Assembly: GCA_016187335.1 (NCBI GenBank)
Contig: JACPJW010000001.1
Span: 128,001 to 192,000 of the forward strand
Direction of reading: 5' to 3'
Source: Candidatus Aenigmatarchaeota archaeon
GTDB taxonomy: Archaea > Aenigmatarchaeota > Aenigmatarchaeia > GW2011-AR5
Length of the DNA stretch: 64,000 nucleotides
In this document: one piece after another, positions 28,799-37,741 of the stretch
Numbering within the stretch: position 1 is the stretch's first letter
Layout of the letters: each line of letters opens with the position of its first letter
Made by a program: the position numbers and the translations under genes
The notes under the pieces: model-generated
The model's input: only the letters and a program-made list of their open reading frames with translations
Database searches by the model: none
Told to the model about the DNA's origin: nothing

Positions 28799-29446
28799 AT
28801 GGCAAAGCGAAGGCTCCCCTCAGCAGCTAGGCAAAGAGCAGCCGTGCAAAGGCAGCGCCTTGCCCTGGAAAGGCAGAAGCGCCGCCTGGCATTGGCAAGG
28901 CAAAGGCAGCGGCTGTCATCGCAGTACGAAACGGAAGAAAAGCGGGCAAGCAGTGGAAGGCGCGTTTTCATAGCAGGGCTTGCTTTGATACTGGTCATAA
29001 TTTTCCTTTATTTCTTTGTTATGTATCCTGCATTTGTCGCGAAGCCATCTGTGGACAGGTTCCCCCTGGCCGCCGCTTCTGACATTGACAGCGAGCACAT
29101 TAACTGGCTGATAAACGAGGCGGGCGGCTACAAGCTGCACCCCGACTGGTATTTTTTCGGCGAAAGGCCTGAAATAGAAACAGTGATTACGGACCAGGGC
29201 AGGCGCTTCACCACGACGATAATAAACGGCTATCCCGTGACCGTGGAAGCGCCGGCAAAGAATCCGGACATACGCTTCCGCATAAGCAGCGGCGACTTTC
29301 TGCTTCTTTACGCGTCGCCGGACATACTGAAAACAGCGCAGGCCATGAGGAACGAAGGCACCCTGCGCGTTGACTTGCTGAAGAGCGAGTTCGCCCTGAC
29401 CGTGAAGGGCTACCGTGTCATCTATGACAAGCTGCCGTCTCCATGA
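28799..29446 (+). CDS. Membrane-anchored hypothetical protein
   Basis: Arg-rich N-terminus, one TM helix, C-terminal domain loosely SCP2-like (NPDIRFRISSGDF). Confidence 0.7.
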   Translation: MAKRRLPSAARQRAAVQRQRLALERQKRRLALARQRQRLSSQYETEEKRASSGRRVFIAGLALILVIIFLYFFVMYPAFVAKPSVDRFPLAAASDIDSEHINWLINEAGGYKLHPDWYFFGERPEIETVITDQGRRFTTTIINGYPVTVEAPAKNPDIRFRISSGDFLLLYASPDILKTAQAMRNEGTLRVDLLKSEFALTVKGYRVIYDKLPSP

Positions 29447-29468
29447 TTCCTGCGCACAGTGATAAGTT

Positions 29469-29726
29469 ATGGATTTCACTTACAGAATACGCAAGATAAA
29501 CCCGCGGTGGGGATACTCGCAGGCTGATCAGGTCAGAAATTATCTGGAATCCCTTGAGCAGCGCAGGATAGTCGGCGGGATTGTTTTCCTGTCCCCGCAG
29601 CCCGATGGCGATTTCTTTGACGTGACTTTCAGGCTCGGCGACACTTCCAAAGAACCCGAAATAACCCGGAAACTTTTGGAAGTCTACAGCGCGCAAATAA
29701 AGGATGACCCGGACACCAGTGCATAG
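29469..29726 (+). CDS. Hypothetical protein
   Basis: 85-aa ORF between convergent neighbours. Confidence 0.55.
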   Translation: MDFTYRIRKINPRWGYSQADQVRNYLESLEQRRIVGGIVFLSPQPDGDFFDVTFRLGDTSKEPEITRKLLEVYSAQIKDDPDTSA

Positions 29727-29728
29727 GA

Positions 29729-30454
29729 CTACTTTTTCATTTTCCACAATTCCTTCAGCTCGGACAGGCTCAGCTGGTGCACCTTCTTCTTCGCCATCTC
29801 TGCACGCGCGTCCCTGAACACCTTGCCTGCGTCTCTGTTGCGCTTCGCGTAGGTTATTTTAAGGAATGACCAGAAATCAGTGTTGAGCAATGATTTCTGC
29901 CGTAGTATAATTATAGCGGAATCAACGGCAGGCGGGTAGAAAGCCGTAGCAGGCACAATCCTGACAATATCCGAATCGCAGCAGTCAGCTACAGCAGCAG
30001 CAACCGCCTCCTTCTTCCACAGCTTCTCGGCAAACTCCTTCTGCACGCACAAAACCGCAATGCTCCACTCATGCTGCAGAAGCTCTATCAGCAGCTTCTG
30101 CGACAGCGAGTAGGGTATGTTGGAGATGATTTTGTTGAATGTAAAATACTGCTTGCCGCTCCGCTTTTCTTCCAGCGCCTGCAAGGCGTCGCCGATGATT
30201 ACTTCTGTATTTTCCACCTTTCTCAGCAATGGAAGGAACCGCTTGTCTTCTTCTATCGCAACAACCCCGCATTTCCCCGCTATCTTCCGCGTCAGGTTCC
30301 CGGGCCCCGCGCCGATTTCCAGAACAGCATCAGAAGGCGACAGTCCGGCCAGTTCCACCTCAAAATCAAGAGTGCTGTTATCAGCCAGAAAAAACTGGTC
30401 CTTGCTGCGAAGAGGTTCTATTTTGTGTTCTTTCAGGACGCGTGCGATATCCAT
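29729..30454 (-). CDS. rsmA: 16S rRNA adenine dimethyltransferase RsmA/KsgA
   Basis: DQFFL, VLEIGAGPGNLT, ISNIPYSLS, FYPPAVDSAII. Confidence 0.93.
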   Translation of the reverse strand: MDIARVLKEHKIEPLRSKDQFFLADNSTLDFEVELAGLSPSDAVLEIGAGPGNLTRKIAGKCGVVAIEEDKRFLPLLRKVENTEVIIGDALQALEEKRSGKQYFTFNKIISNIPYSLSQKLLIELLQHEWSIAVLCVQKEFAEKLWKKEAVAAAVADCCDSDIVRIVPATAFYPPAVDSAIIILRQKSLLNTDFWSFLKITYAKRNRDAGKVFRDARAEMAKKKVHQLSLSELKELWKMKK

Positions 30455-30496
30455 GGGAGTAGTATTGTTATAAAGTTTTTAACTTGAAACAAAGAT

Positions 30497-30889
30497 TTGG
30501 CGGTTCAGATGGTTTGGTACGTAGGACCGGCTGCAAACGGTACGTTGGTGGAGCTTATTGCCCGGTGGGAACCGAAAGCAAGTGAAATCAGGCTTGTGAG
30601 ACATAGGAGTGTTTATTACATTAGTGTCTTGTACCCGACAGACCTTTCAACATCTTACCTTGAAGTGGGTCCGATATTGTCTTATGTCTGCGTAGGAAGA
30701 CGGGAAGTCGATAATTTGAGCAGAGAAGTAAATGAACTTACTGATCCAAAAGGCGGAATAATACCGGTAGTCAGGCTCTTAAGAGATAAAGATGATAGAA
30801 CAACTAAAATACCAACTTACAAATTTTATGTACCAAGAAAAAGTAAAAGGCTCAAAAAGGTGAGAACTAGGCTTGCTGTACGAAGCTAG
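30497..30889 (+). CDS. Hypothetical protein (ORFan)
   Basis: 130-aa AT-rich ORF. Confidence 0.55.
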   Translation: MAVQMVWYVGPAANGTLVELIARWEPKASEIRLVRHRSVYYISVLYPTDLSTSYLEVGPILSYVCVGRREVDNLSREVNELTDPKGGIIPVVRLLRDKDDRTTKIPTYKFYVPRKSKRLKKVRTRLAVRS

Positions 30890-30910
30890 TTTTCTTTACG
30901 ATCTGCGTCT

Positions 30911-31114
30911 CTAAATCCTGAACTTCGCTATCTTTTCCAGGGTATCTATGTGCGTCATGAAGAGCGCCCTGCAGCAGTAGCTTTTCATCCCTAAATCGTC
31001 CAGGACTTTCCCCGCAGGCTCGCCGCTGGCAACCCTTTGCCTGAACTTCTCGAACATCCCGCCTACAGGGCGGCCGCAACTCATACACCTGACTGGTATT
31101 AAGGTAATTATCAC
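30911..31114 (-). CDS. rpoN: RNA polymerase subunit N (Rpo10)
   Basis: IPVRCMSCG, VLDDLG..YCCR. Confidence 0.96.
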   Translation of the reverse strand: MIITLIPVRCMSCGRPVGGMFEKFRQRVASGEPAGKVLDDLGMKSYCCRALFMTHIDTLEKIAKFRI

Positions 31115-31147
31115 CTTGTTTTTTTTCTTCTATGATGTCCTCTTCGT

Positions 31148-31642
31148 TTAACGCTTGCTCTGCTGCTTTGTAGCCCTCGGCCCGTCCTTGCTGCGCGAAG
31201 GCTTGTGCGGCTCCGTCCTGCGGGGATCCGACACGAGCAGCGACCTGTCATAATCAACGTACATGCGCTTCAGCTTCTCGTCCTTGCTCCACGCCACCAG
31301 GCCGTTGGCTATTGCTGTTCTCGCGGCGTCCGCCTGGCCCCACATCCCGCCGCCCTTCACGCTGACGGAAATGTCCAGGCTGCGCCACGAATCCTTTGCA
31401 ATTATCAGCGGCTCCTTTATCCTCATCTGCCTGTATCTGGGCTGTACCAGATCCAGGGGCACGCCGTTTATCCTGATAACGCCCCTGCCCTCCCTGACAA
31501 CAGCTCTTGCAATCGCTTTCTTTCTCTTGCCCACGGTTATGATTATCTTCGCCTTTTTCTTGCGCGCAGGCGCTGCGGCTTCAGCTGCCTCTTTCTTTTC
31601 CTGTGCTGCCAGCGGCTTAGGTTCTAGTTGAAGTTCTTGCAT
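31148..31642 (-). CDS. rps9: 30S ribosomal protein S9
   Basis: GKRKKAIARA, VKGGGMWGQADA, YDRSLLVSDPRRTEPHK, QQSKR. Confidence 0.96.
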   Translation of the reverse strand: MQELQLEPKPLAAQEKKEAAEAAAPARKKKAKIIITVGKRKKAIARAVVREGRGVIRINGVPLDLVQPRYRQMRIKEPLIIAKDSWRSLDISVSVKGGGMWGQADAARTAIANGLVAWSKDEKLKRMYVDYDRSLLVSDPRRTEPHKPSRSKDGPRATKQQSKR

Positions 31643-31647
31643 GATTA

Positions 31648-31962
31648 TCACGAATGAGTCTGACGACTTCTGGAGCTTATTTCAAGATTAAGGTCTCTTA
31701 TCGCCCGCGGATCCGGAGTTGTAACATCCACTATTCCTAAAAATTCATAGCCCATTATACCCATTCTTCTTGTCACTTCTCTTGCTAAATAAGGACCTCT
31801 TAAATCTACAATTCCATCCGGATTTTCTCTTCCATAAGAGAAAGTCATCATTTCGTGGTAATCAGGAGGGGATTTGCCTTCAACGATAAATATGCCGTTT
31901 GCATCTACAGCGATATTTGCTTCCGGTGGCTTTCTGAATCGCATTGTTAATTGAAAGAACAT
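31648..31962 (-). CDS. Hypothetical protein (ORFan) between rpl13 and rps9
   Basis: 104-aa AT-rich ORF with upstream AGGTG. Confidence 0.6.
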   Translation of the reverse strand: MFFQLTMRFRKPPEANIAVDANGIFIVEGKSPPDYHEMMTFSYGRENPDGIVDLRGPYLAREVTRRMGIMGYEFLGIVDVTTPDPRAIRDLNLEISSRSRQTHS

Positions 31963-31980
31963 TTTGTCACCTTTTAGGTT

Positions 31981-32394
31981 TTAGATCTTCTCGTGCCATC
32001 CGAGCGCCTTTGCCAGATTTCCGACTTTAATATAGTCCGTCTTGATCTCTTTCACGGCTATGCTTTTTGTTTCCTTACCGGCAAGCTCGGCAGGCAATCC
32101 GATATGAACGCGCAGCCTTTTAAAAGAGGCTCTGCCCGACGGCTTCTTGTACTCCATCATGCCCCTGACAGTCCTGCGCACGATCATGTCAGGCTTCTTG
32201 GGAAAGAAAGGCCCGTGCTGAGGGCTGCCAATCCTGCGGCGCTTCAAATACTTCCCTACAATCTGCTTGGGGCTGCCTGTTATTATCGCCTGCTCGGAAT
32301 TGACAATAACAACGTCCTCGCCCTTCTTCAGCATTTTGGCTATTTCAGACGCCATCCTCCCGAGCACAGCATTGCGCGCGTCAATGATTATCAT
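31981..32394 (-). CDS. rpl13: 50S ribosomal protein L13
   Basis: IDARNAVLGRMAS, GPFFPKKPD.IVRRTVRGM. Confidence 0.96.
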   Translation of the reverse strand: MIIIDARNAVLGRMASEIAKMLKKGEDVVIVNSEQAIITGSPKQIVGKYLKRRRIGSPQHGPFFPKKPDMIVRRTVRGMMEYKKPSGRASFKRLRVHIGLPAELAGKETKSIAVKEIKTDYIKVGNLAKALGWHEKI

Positions 32395-32421
32395 GGTGAC
32401 ACCAAAGCAAGAATACATGAA

Positions 32422-32553
32422 CTAATGAGTATTATCCCATCTATCATAAAGCTCATCTCTATATTTGTAGATTAAACCTTCACTGTTATGACCTTTCTTC
32501 AAAAGTTCAAGTGCCTTTTTTATATTTTCATTTTCTTTCGTATCGTCTGTCAT
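32422..32553 (-). CDS. 43-aa AT-rich micro-ORF
   Basis: MTDDTKENENIKKALELLKKGHNSEGLIYKYRDELYDRWDNTH, translated by hand; fills the intergenic gap. Confidence 0.4.
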   Translation of the reverse strand: MTDDTKENENIKKALELLKKGHNSEGLIYKYRDELYDRWDNTH

Positions 32554-32573
32554 AATACAACCCTTCCATTCAG

Positions 32574-32939
32574 TCACCCGAAATACTCAGGCTGCTGGGT
32601 TATCTGCGACGCAGCCTGCGCAGCCTGCTTTGCCAAAGCCCTTTTTTTCTTGTCGTCGTATTTCTTGTATTCCTTCCATATCGCATCAGCAGTCTTTCCC
32701 CTGAGTATTTTCACTATCACGTGCCTTGGCATGTGGCTGCTTTGCGACACGGAAGTGTAGTCAACAAGCACGATGTCGCCTTCCTTGACATCAGCGGCTA
32801 TCTTGGCATCAACCGCAAACGTGAAAAGATTTTCGTCCCACATCTCTACAAGGGCCTGCGTCGTCGCGTCGCCCTTCACTTCCCTGTCCTTTGCCGAAAA
32901 TATCTTCAATACTCTGCCGGGATGGTACATGGCAACCAC
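32574..32939 (-). CDS. Conserved hypothetical protein in the ribosomal operon
   Basis: HPGRV, VEMWDEN, GDIVLVDY; core-like codon usage. Confidence 0.75.
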   Translation of the reverse strand: MVAMYHPGRVLKIFSAKDREVKGDATTQALVEMWDENLFTFAVDAKIAADVKEGDIVLVDYTSVSQSSHMPRHVIVKILRGKTADAIWKEYKKYDDKKKRALAKQAAQAASQITQQPEYFG

Positions 32940-33284
32940 TCAAACTACAATCCTTCCTTTTGTTTCTTTACCCAAAGCCTCTTTCAGCATCAGGGCTTTT
33001 CCGCCGGCTTTTTCTATCTTTTCCTTTGCTGAAGAAGAATAACCGAGCGCGTAGACATTTATTTTTTTTGTCGCGCTGCCCGATGAAAGAACCTTGCCGG
33101 GCACGAAAACACTGTCATTATCTGAAGCTGCCTTGTTTATCTTGAACAACGTGACGCCTTTTTTCTGCCGGCGCGGCTTTGCCAGATGTTTTGCCAGCTG
33201 CGAATGGAAAGGCGTTTTCTTCGCGCGCAGTTCCGCTATCAGCTTCGCTAGCTCAGGATTCGTCGGGCCTGTCGGTTTTGGCAT
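32940..33284 (-). CDS. rpl18e: 50S ribosomal protein L18e
   Basis: PTNPEL, VFVPGKVLSSG, SAKEKIEKAGG. Confidence 0.96.
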   Translation of the reverse strand: MPKPTGPTNPELAKLIAELRAKKTPFHSQLAKHLAKPRRQKKGVTLFKINKAASDNDSVFVPGKVLSSGSATKKINVYALGYSSSAKEKIEKAGGKALMLKEALGKETKGRIVV

Positions 33285-33383
33285 GATAATCACACAAATT
33301 GTTAAAGCGGAAAAGACGGCTCTGCGTTCTTTCGCTTAATGACTTTTATTTGCTTGAGCATTAAAACTTAAAAGCACATGTTT

Positions 33384-33411
33384 TTGATAGAACTTTTTTT
33401 GAAAAAGTTCT
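33384..33411 (+). repeat. Family A mini-hairpin abutting tRNA-Leu G1
   Basis: TTGAT+agaacttttt/ttg/aaaaagttct. Confidence 0.85.
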
Positions 33412-33673
33412 GCGGGGGTTCCCGAGAAGCCCTTTTTAGAAAAAAGCGCTTGCGGAAAAACTAAGGAGGGTTAGGGAATGGCCAAAGGGGCAGGACGGTT
33501 GCCGTGAAAATGGTGCCGGGCTTCACTTAAGGCATGGCTTAAGTTTCGAGCTAAGACAGCTTAGCTATGAAAGAAATCCTGTGGCTTAGTGCCTTCGAGA
33601 GTTCGAATGCGCCCTTTCTTGGAAAGAAAGCGTGCACGGAAAGAAACGGGTGCCGAAAATCTCTTCCCCCGCA
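33412..33673 (+). tRNA. tRNA-Leu(TAA) with four introns (15/16, 30/31, 37/38, 59/60)
   Basis: Exons 33412-33426, 33479-33494, 33525-33531, 33576-33607 and 33660-33673 join into an 84-nt type II cloverleaf; each junction folds as a BHB or BHB-like motif. Confidence 0.9.
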
Positions 33674-33737
33674 TTTTTCTGCCTTGTAGAAAGCTTTAAA
33701 TTTCTATAATGCATCCTTACTTTAAAGTAGTGAATGT

Positions 33738-34637
33738 ATGACTCTAATTTCATTCTTAAGAGCAGGACCTGGAGTTGGTGTGGGACACTCTGATCGCCAG
33801 CTATTGTACACCTCGCGTGCTAGGCCTTCGGAAACTTATCAGGCAAAGGAAAGAAAAGTCATAATGCTAGGCAGTGAGCATTGTGTTGGATACGCAACCG
33901 GAATTGACGTAGGATACGCCCGGAAAATAGTTCATTCGGCAAAACGTGCTGTGGAGTCTCGTTTGCGGGACGGACCTGTCACCTTCAAGGAAGTGCGGGG
34001 TATGGTGACAAAGGCGTATGATGAGGTTCGTTCCGGGAAAGTTCCTAAGAATTTTGATGTGGATCTTATTATTGCAGGTCTTGATGAAGACCCTCCAAAT
34101 TTTGTTACTCATGAAACCAGTTTTATATCTCCCAGACCTCCGCCCAGGGATTTTAGCATAGTAACTTATGACAAAAGCGGAGAGCTAGTTTATCACACGT
34201 ATACAGCTTCAATAGGCTCCGCATCCGACACAGCTGACAGATTTATCAATGAGTTCCTGGAAACCGTGAACCCAAGGCAGCCTTATCTCGGGCTTGTAAG
34301 ATGCGCCCAAGTAGTGATGGAAGCGCACAGAATAGCCGAGAAAAGACATAGGGGAAGCGTAGGAGAAAGAGATCAGTTGGTATGGATAAACGATAATCCA
34401 ACATTTCAAGAAACAAGCGAGAAAGAAACGTCCTTACTCGGTAGCAGCCTGCGCTTGAAGGCACAAGGCCTGCTGACTGGTGAAGTGGTTAATGAGGTCT
34501 TTAAAGTAATTTTGAATCGTGATAATTCCGAAAGGGATGCAGCTACCAGAGTAAGAGATAAGTTAAGAGAAATTCTTTTATCGGATAGTGACGGTGCAAG
34601 ACGTCTCCTCGATTACGTTCTTTTTGGAAGAAATTAA
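33738..34637 (+). CDS. Proteasome beta-like Ntn-hydrolase-fold protein
   Basis: M-T1-LI start, SDRQ, K near position 39, LIIAGLD, SIGSAS, GSVG. Confidence 0.65.
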   Translation: MTLISFLRAGPGVGVGHSDRQLLYTSRARPSETYQAKERKVIMLGSEHCVGYATGIDVGYARKIVHSAKRAVESRLRDGPVTFKEVRGMVTKAYDEVRSGKVPKNFDVDLIIAGLDEDPPNFVTHETSFISPRPPPRDFSIVTYDKSGELVYHTYTASIGSASDTADRFINEFLETVNPRQPYLGLVRCAQVVMEAHRIAEKRHRGSVGERDQLVWINDNPTFQETSEKETSLLGSSLRLKAQGLLTGEVVNEVFKVILNRDNSERDAATRVRDKLREILLSDSDGARRLLDYVLFGRN

Positions 34638-34670
34638 TATGTTCTTACGGCCTTTGTAAATAACCGTTGC

Positions 34671-35333
34671 TTACTTCACCGCTTTCTTCAGCTCAGAAGA
34701 AAATTCCTCGGCGCGCCTTTCAAGTTCATTCAATGCTATCTCGACAATTTCCGCAGCCTTCAGGCCGGATACGCTCTCGACTTCAAAAACAAACTCCTCT
34801 TCGCGGAACTTCACGTCGTCTCCCTGCGGGTCCTCGGGCCTGCCGGCAACGGGGTTCTTGTATCCCACAACAGCTGCCTGCCATTTGGCGTGCTCCTTGC
34901 CGAAGCCCAGCTGCGCTATGGCTTCGAATTTCAGCCTTTGGTTCTCATAGAGTTCCACTATAGGTATTTCCGGGTCAGCCGGCTGCACGCTGTCGTCGCT
35001 GCTCTTGATGTCGGAAGCCTTCACCATGCACGGCCCTGTCTTTTCCAGTACAAGCGTAACTTCACAGGAAGAGCAGCCTTTGCCGCCGCACTTGCATTCG
35101 TCCTTTGTCCTGTATATCTTCCTGCTGTAGGTGAGCGGTATCAGACCCACGCGGTGCGCAATTATCTCGTCAAAAAGACCCGAGCCGTTTTCCTCAAAAT
35201 CAACGTTCTCAACAGCCATGGTCGGCACTTCGTTGACCATGACGCGCCGCAATGCATTCGCAAAGCCCGCGTCGCTGTCTTCCAGAGCGAAGGATAATTT
35301 CTTTTCAGATTTTTCCAAAATTCGGAGTTTCAT
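34671..35333 (-). CDS. rpoD: RNA polymerase subunit D (Rpo3)
   Basis: FANALRRVMVNEVPTMAVE, LFDEIIAHRVGLIPL, GKEHAKWQ. Confidence 0.96.
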   Translation of the reverse strand: MKLRILEKSEKKLSFALEDSDAGFANALRRVMVNEVPTMAVENVDFEENGSGLFDEIIAHRVGLIPLTYSRKIYRTKDECKCGGKGCSSCEVTLVLEKTGPCMVKASDIKSSDDSVQPADPEIPIVELYENQRLKFEAIAQLGFGKEHAKWQAAVVGYKNPVAGRPEDPQGDDVKFREEEFVFEVESVSGLKAAEIVEIALNELERRAEEFSSELKKAVK

Positions 35334-35466
35334 GACAAATACACCATTAATGCAACAAAGAAATTCATCAGAAGTTTTAAATACTAGAATTTCCCCTTAA
35401 AGGAAAATTCTGTCTTTCAAACCATATCTTTATGGTTTTTAAATAGCAAATTTATTAAGGTTTTCT

Positions 35467-36651
35467 ATGTCCTTAGAGCGGAACATCCGTTTAATGTATA
35501 TCATAAATTTCCTGAAAAACCTCACTTTCTTCGGCGCTATCAGCATTCCTTTTTTCCTCGGATGGGGAGGACTGAACTATACCCAGATATTCCTGCTGCA
35601 GGCATGGTTCATGTTCTGGATGTTTTTCTTTGAAATCCCTACAGGCCTTGTTGCCGACAAGTTGGGCAGGAAGACTTCGATTATCCTTTCAGGCATACTG
35701 ACATCTCTAGGATTTCTGATCTATGGTAGCATACGCGATTTCCGCTTTTTTCTTCTGGCAGAATTTCTCATAGCAATAGGGTTTACCCTTATCTCCGGCG
35801 CTGACAGCGCACTGATTTACGACACGCTGAAGCAAAAGAAAAAATCAGGGGAATCAAAGAAGATTTTCGCAAATTACCAGATAGCAGGCACTTTGGGCAT
35901 TATCATAGCCTTTCCCGCCGGCTCATTGATTGCAGGAACTGTTAACATACCTTATCCCGACAACCTTGCCTTTGTCATGTTGCTTACCGCATTCCCTCTA
36001 TTTACATACGCCATTATTTCATTTTTGCTGGAAGAGCCTAAAAGAACCAGACCATCGGAAACTTATTTTGAAACGGCAAAGAACGGCCTGAAGTATCTTG
36101 CAAAGCATAAGCACCTGCGTCCGCTCGCCCTGAACTTCGTGCTCATATCAACGACGCTTTTCTTCATGTACTGGTTTTACCAGCCTTTGCTCGGCTCAGC
36201 GGGCGTTGACATAACATACTACGGATTCGTCGCGGCAGCTTACAATATCCTCGCTGTTCTGCTCATAAGCAAGACCGCCTTGTGGGAGAAAATCTTCGGC
36301 ACCAGAAATGTTCTTTACATAACCGCCTTCGTGCCGGGCATACTTTACATAATTCTGGGTTTCACGAAAATGTTTTTCATCACTATTCTCGGGATACTTC
36401 TAATAACGTCTCTCAGAGGGTTGAGAGAGCCGTTGTTCAGCCATTACATGAATTACTACATAAAATCCAATGACCGCGCCACGGTGCTATCTTCGATAAA
36501 CATGCTGCAAAGATTGCTTACCATGGTTCTTTACGTGCCCATAGGAATGTTGACGGATATTTCCCTGAATTACACCCTGATTTTCCTTGGTTTGCTTACC
36601 TTGGTGTTCGGTTTCCTTTCTCGCGTAGAAGAAGAATCGTTGAAAGAATAA
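35467..36651 (+). CDS. MFS transporter
   Basis: About 12 TM; EIPTGLVADKLGRK, SGADSALIYDTL, RATVLS. Confidence 0.92.
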   Translation: MSLERNIRLMYIINFLKNLTFFGAISIPFFLGWGGLNYTQIFLLQAWFMFWMFFFEIPTGLVADKLGRKTSIILSGILTSLGFLIYGSIRDFRFFLLAEFLIAIGFTLISGADSALIYDTLKQKKKSGESKKIFANYQIAGTLGIIIAFPAGSLIAGTVNIPYPDNLAFVMLLTAFPLFTYAIISFLLEEPKRTRPSETYFETAKNGLKYLAKHKHLRPLALNFVLISTTLFFMYWFYQPLLGSAGVDITYYGFVAAAYNILAVLLISKTALWEKIFGTRNVLYITAFVPGILYIILGFTKMFFITILGILLITSLRGLREPLFSHYMNYYIKSNDRATVLSSINMLQRLLTMVLYVPIGMLTDISLNYTLIFLGLLTLVFGFLSRVEEESLKE

Positions 36652-36655
36652 ATTC

Positions 36656-37051
36656 TCACACGCGCCTTCCGCGCCGCCCACCTTTTTTCCTGCAGCTGTC
36701 GTGGGAAATGGGCGTGACGTCCTCTATTGAGCCGATGCGGAAGCCTGCCCTTGCAAGCGAGCGGATAGCAGGCTGCGCCCCCTGGCCGGGTATCTTTGAC
36801 TTGATGCCCCCGGGCGCTCGTATTTTTATATGCAAACCCGTGATGCCGAAAGCCAGCGCCTTGTCAGCAGCCTTCCTTGCCGCCCTCATGGCGGTGAACG
36901 GCTTGCCCTTGTTCATGTCCTTGTCCGAGACCATGCCGCCGCTGGCAAAAGCAATCGTCTCGGCTCCTGTAACGTCAGTTACGTGTATGATAGTGTTGTT
37001 TAATGACGAGTATACATGCGCTATTCCCCATTTTTCTCTGCTCATTCTCAA
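36656..37051 (-). CDS. rps11: 30S ribosomal protein S11
   Basis: [36 protein letters not shown]. Confidence 0.97.
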   Translation of the reverse strand: MRMSREKWGIAHVYSSLNNTIIHVTDVTGAETIAFASGGMVSDKDMNKGKPFTAMRAARKAADKALAFGITGLHIKIRAPGGIKSKIPGQGAQPAIRSLARAGFRIGSIEDVTPISHDSCRKKGGRRGRRV

Positions 37052-37099
37052 TCACTTTGTCAAAATTTATCAAGACGGAAACGAAAGTCGGGTTTTGCA

Positions 37100-37630
37100 T
37101 CAGGTTTTCCGGATTGCTCCTGCCTTTTCCCTTTTCGTCTGTTTTGCGGATTCGGCAACCATGTCCGTCCTTATCTTCGGGCTTATTTTTATCTTGCCTT
37201 CCTCTTCGCTGGGAACGATGTACCCGGGCCATAAAATCTTCCTGTCGTCAATGTAAACATGGCCGTGCACTATGAGCTGCCTTGAGTGTCGCGGCGAATT
37301 TGCCACGCCTTTTTTGTAAACTATTGTCTGCAGCCTTCTTGACAGGATGTGGTCAAGGTTTATGCCGAGGACGTCGTCAACGCTGCCGACCCTGATGCCT
37401 AATTTGTTCAGCTTTCCCAGAAGCTCCTTTTCCATCTTTTCGTTGCGCTCCGCCTGAAGTTCCCTCGCTCTTCTGCGGAAATTTCTCAGCACGCTCTCGG
37501 TGCGCCATATCTCCTTTTTCCTGCGCAGCCCGTATTCCTGCAGAATCTTCCTTTCCCGTTCAATGCGGCGCTTGTCGTAAGGCCTCTTCGGCGTCTCGTA
37601 TTTCTTCCTTTGCTTTTTCGGGTGGCCCAT
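37100..37630 (-). CDS. rps4: 30S ribosomal protein S4
   Basis: MGHPKKQRKKYETPKRP, YGLRRKKEIWR, RRLQTIVYKKG, RQLIVHGH. Confidence 0.96.
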   Translation of the reverse strand: MGHPKKQRKKYETPKRPYDKRRIERERKILQEYGLRRKKEIWRTESVLRNFRRRARELQAERNEKMEKELLGKLNKLGIRVGSVDDVLGINLDHILSRRLQTIVYKKGVANSPRHSRQLIVHGHVYIDDRKILWPGYIVPSEEEGKIKISPKIRTDMVAESAKQTKREKAGAIRKT

Positions 37631-37714
37631 TTTTATCACTTGTCAAGATGGATGGATAATTCTTCGTTCAATTTTCTCATTAGCTTATTTTAATCGAACA
37701 ATCTCGTTCCCTTT

Positions 37715-37740
37715 TTGATCAAACTTTTTTGAAAAGTTTG
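37715..37740 (+). repeat. Family A mini-hairpin after the rps13 stop
   Basis: TTGAT+caaactttt/ttg/aaaagtttg. Confidence 0.85.
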
Positions 37741-37741
37741 G

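Noticed and set aside
34637-34671. attR-type duplicate of the tRNA-Leu 3' end flanking the Ntn gene
   Set aside because: No tRNA-derived repeat and no integrase found
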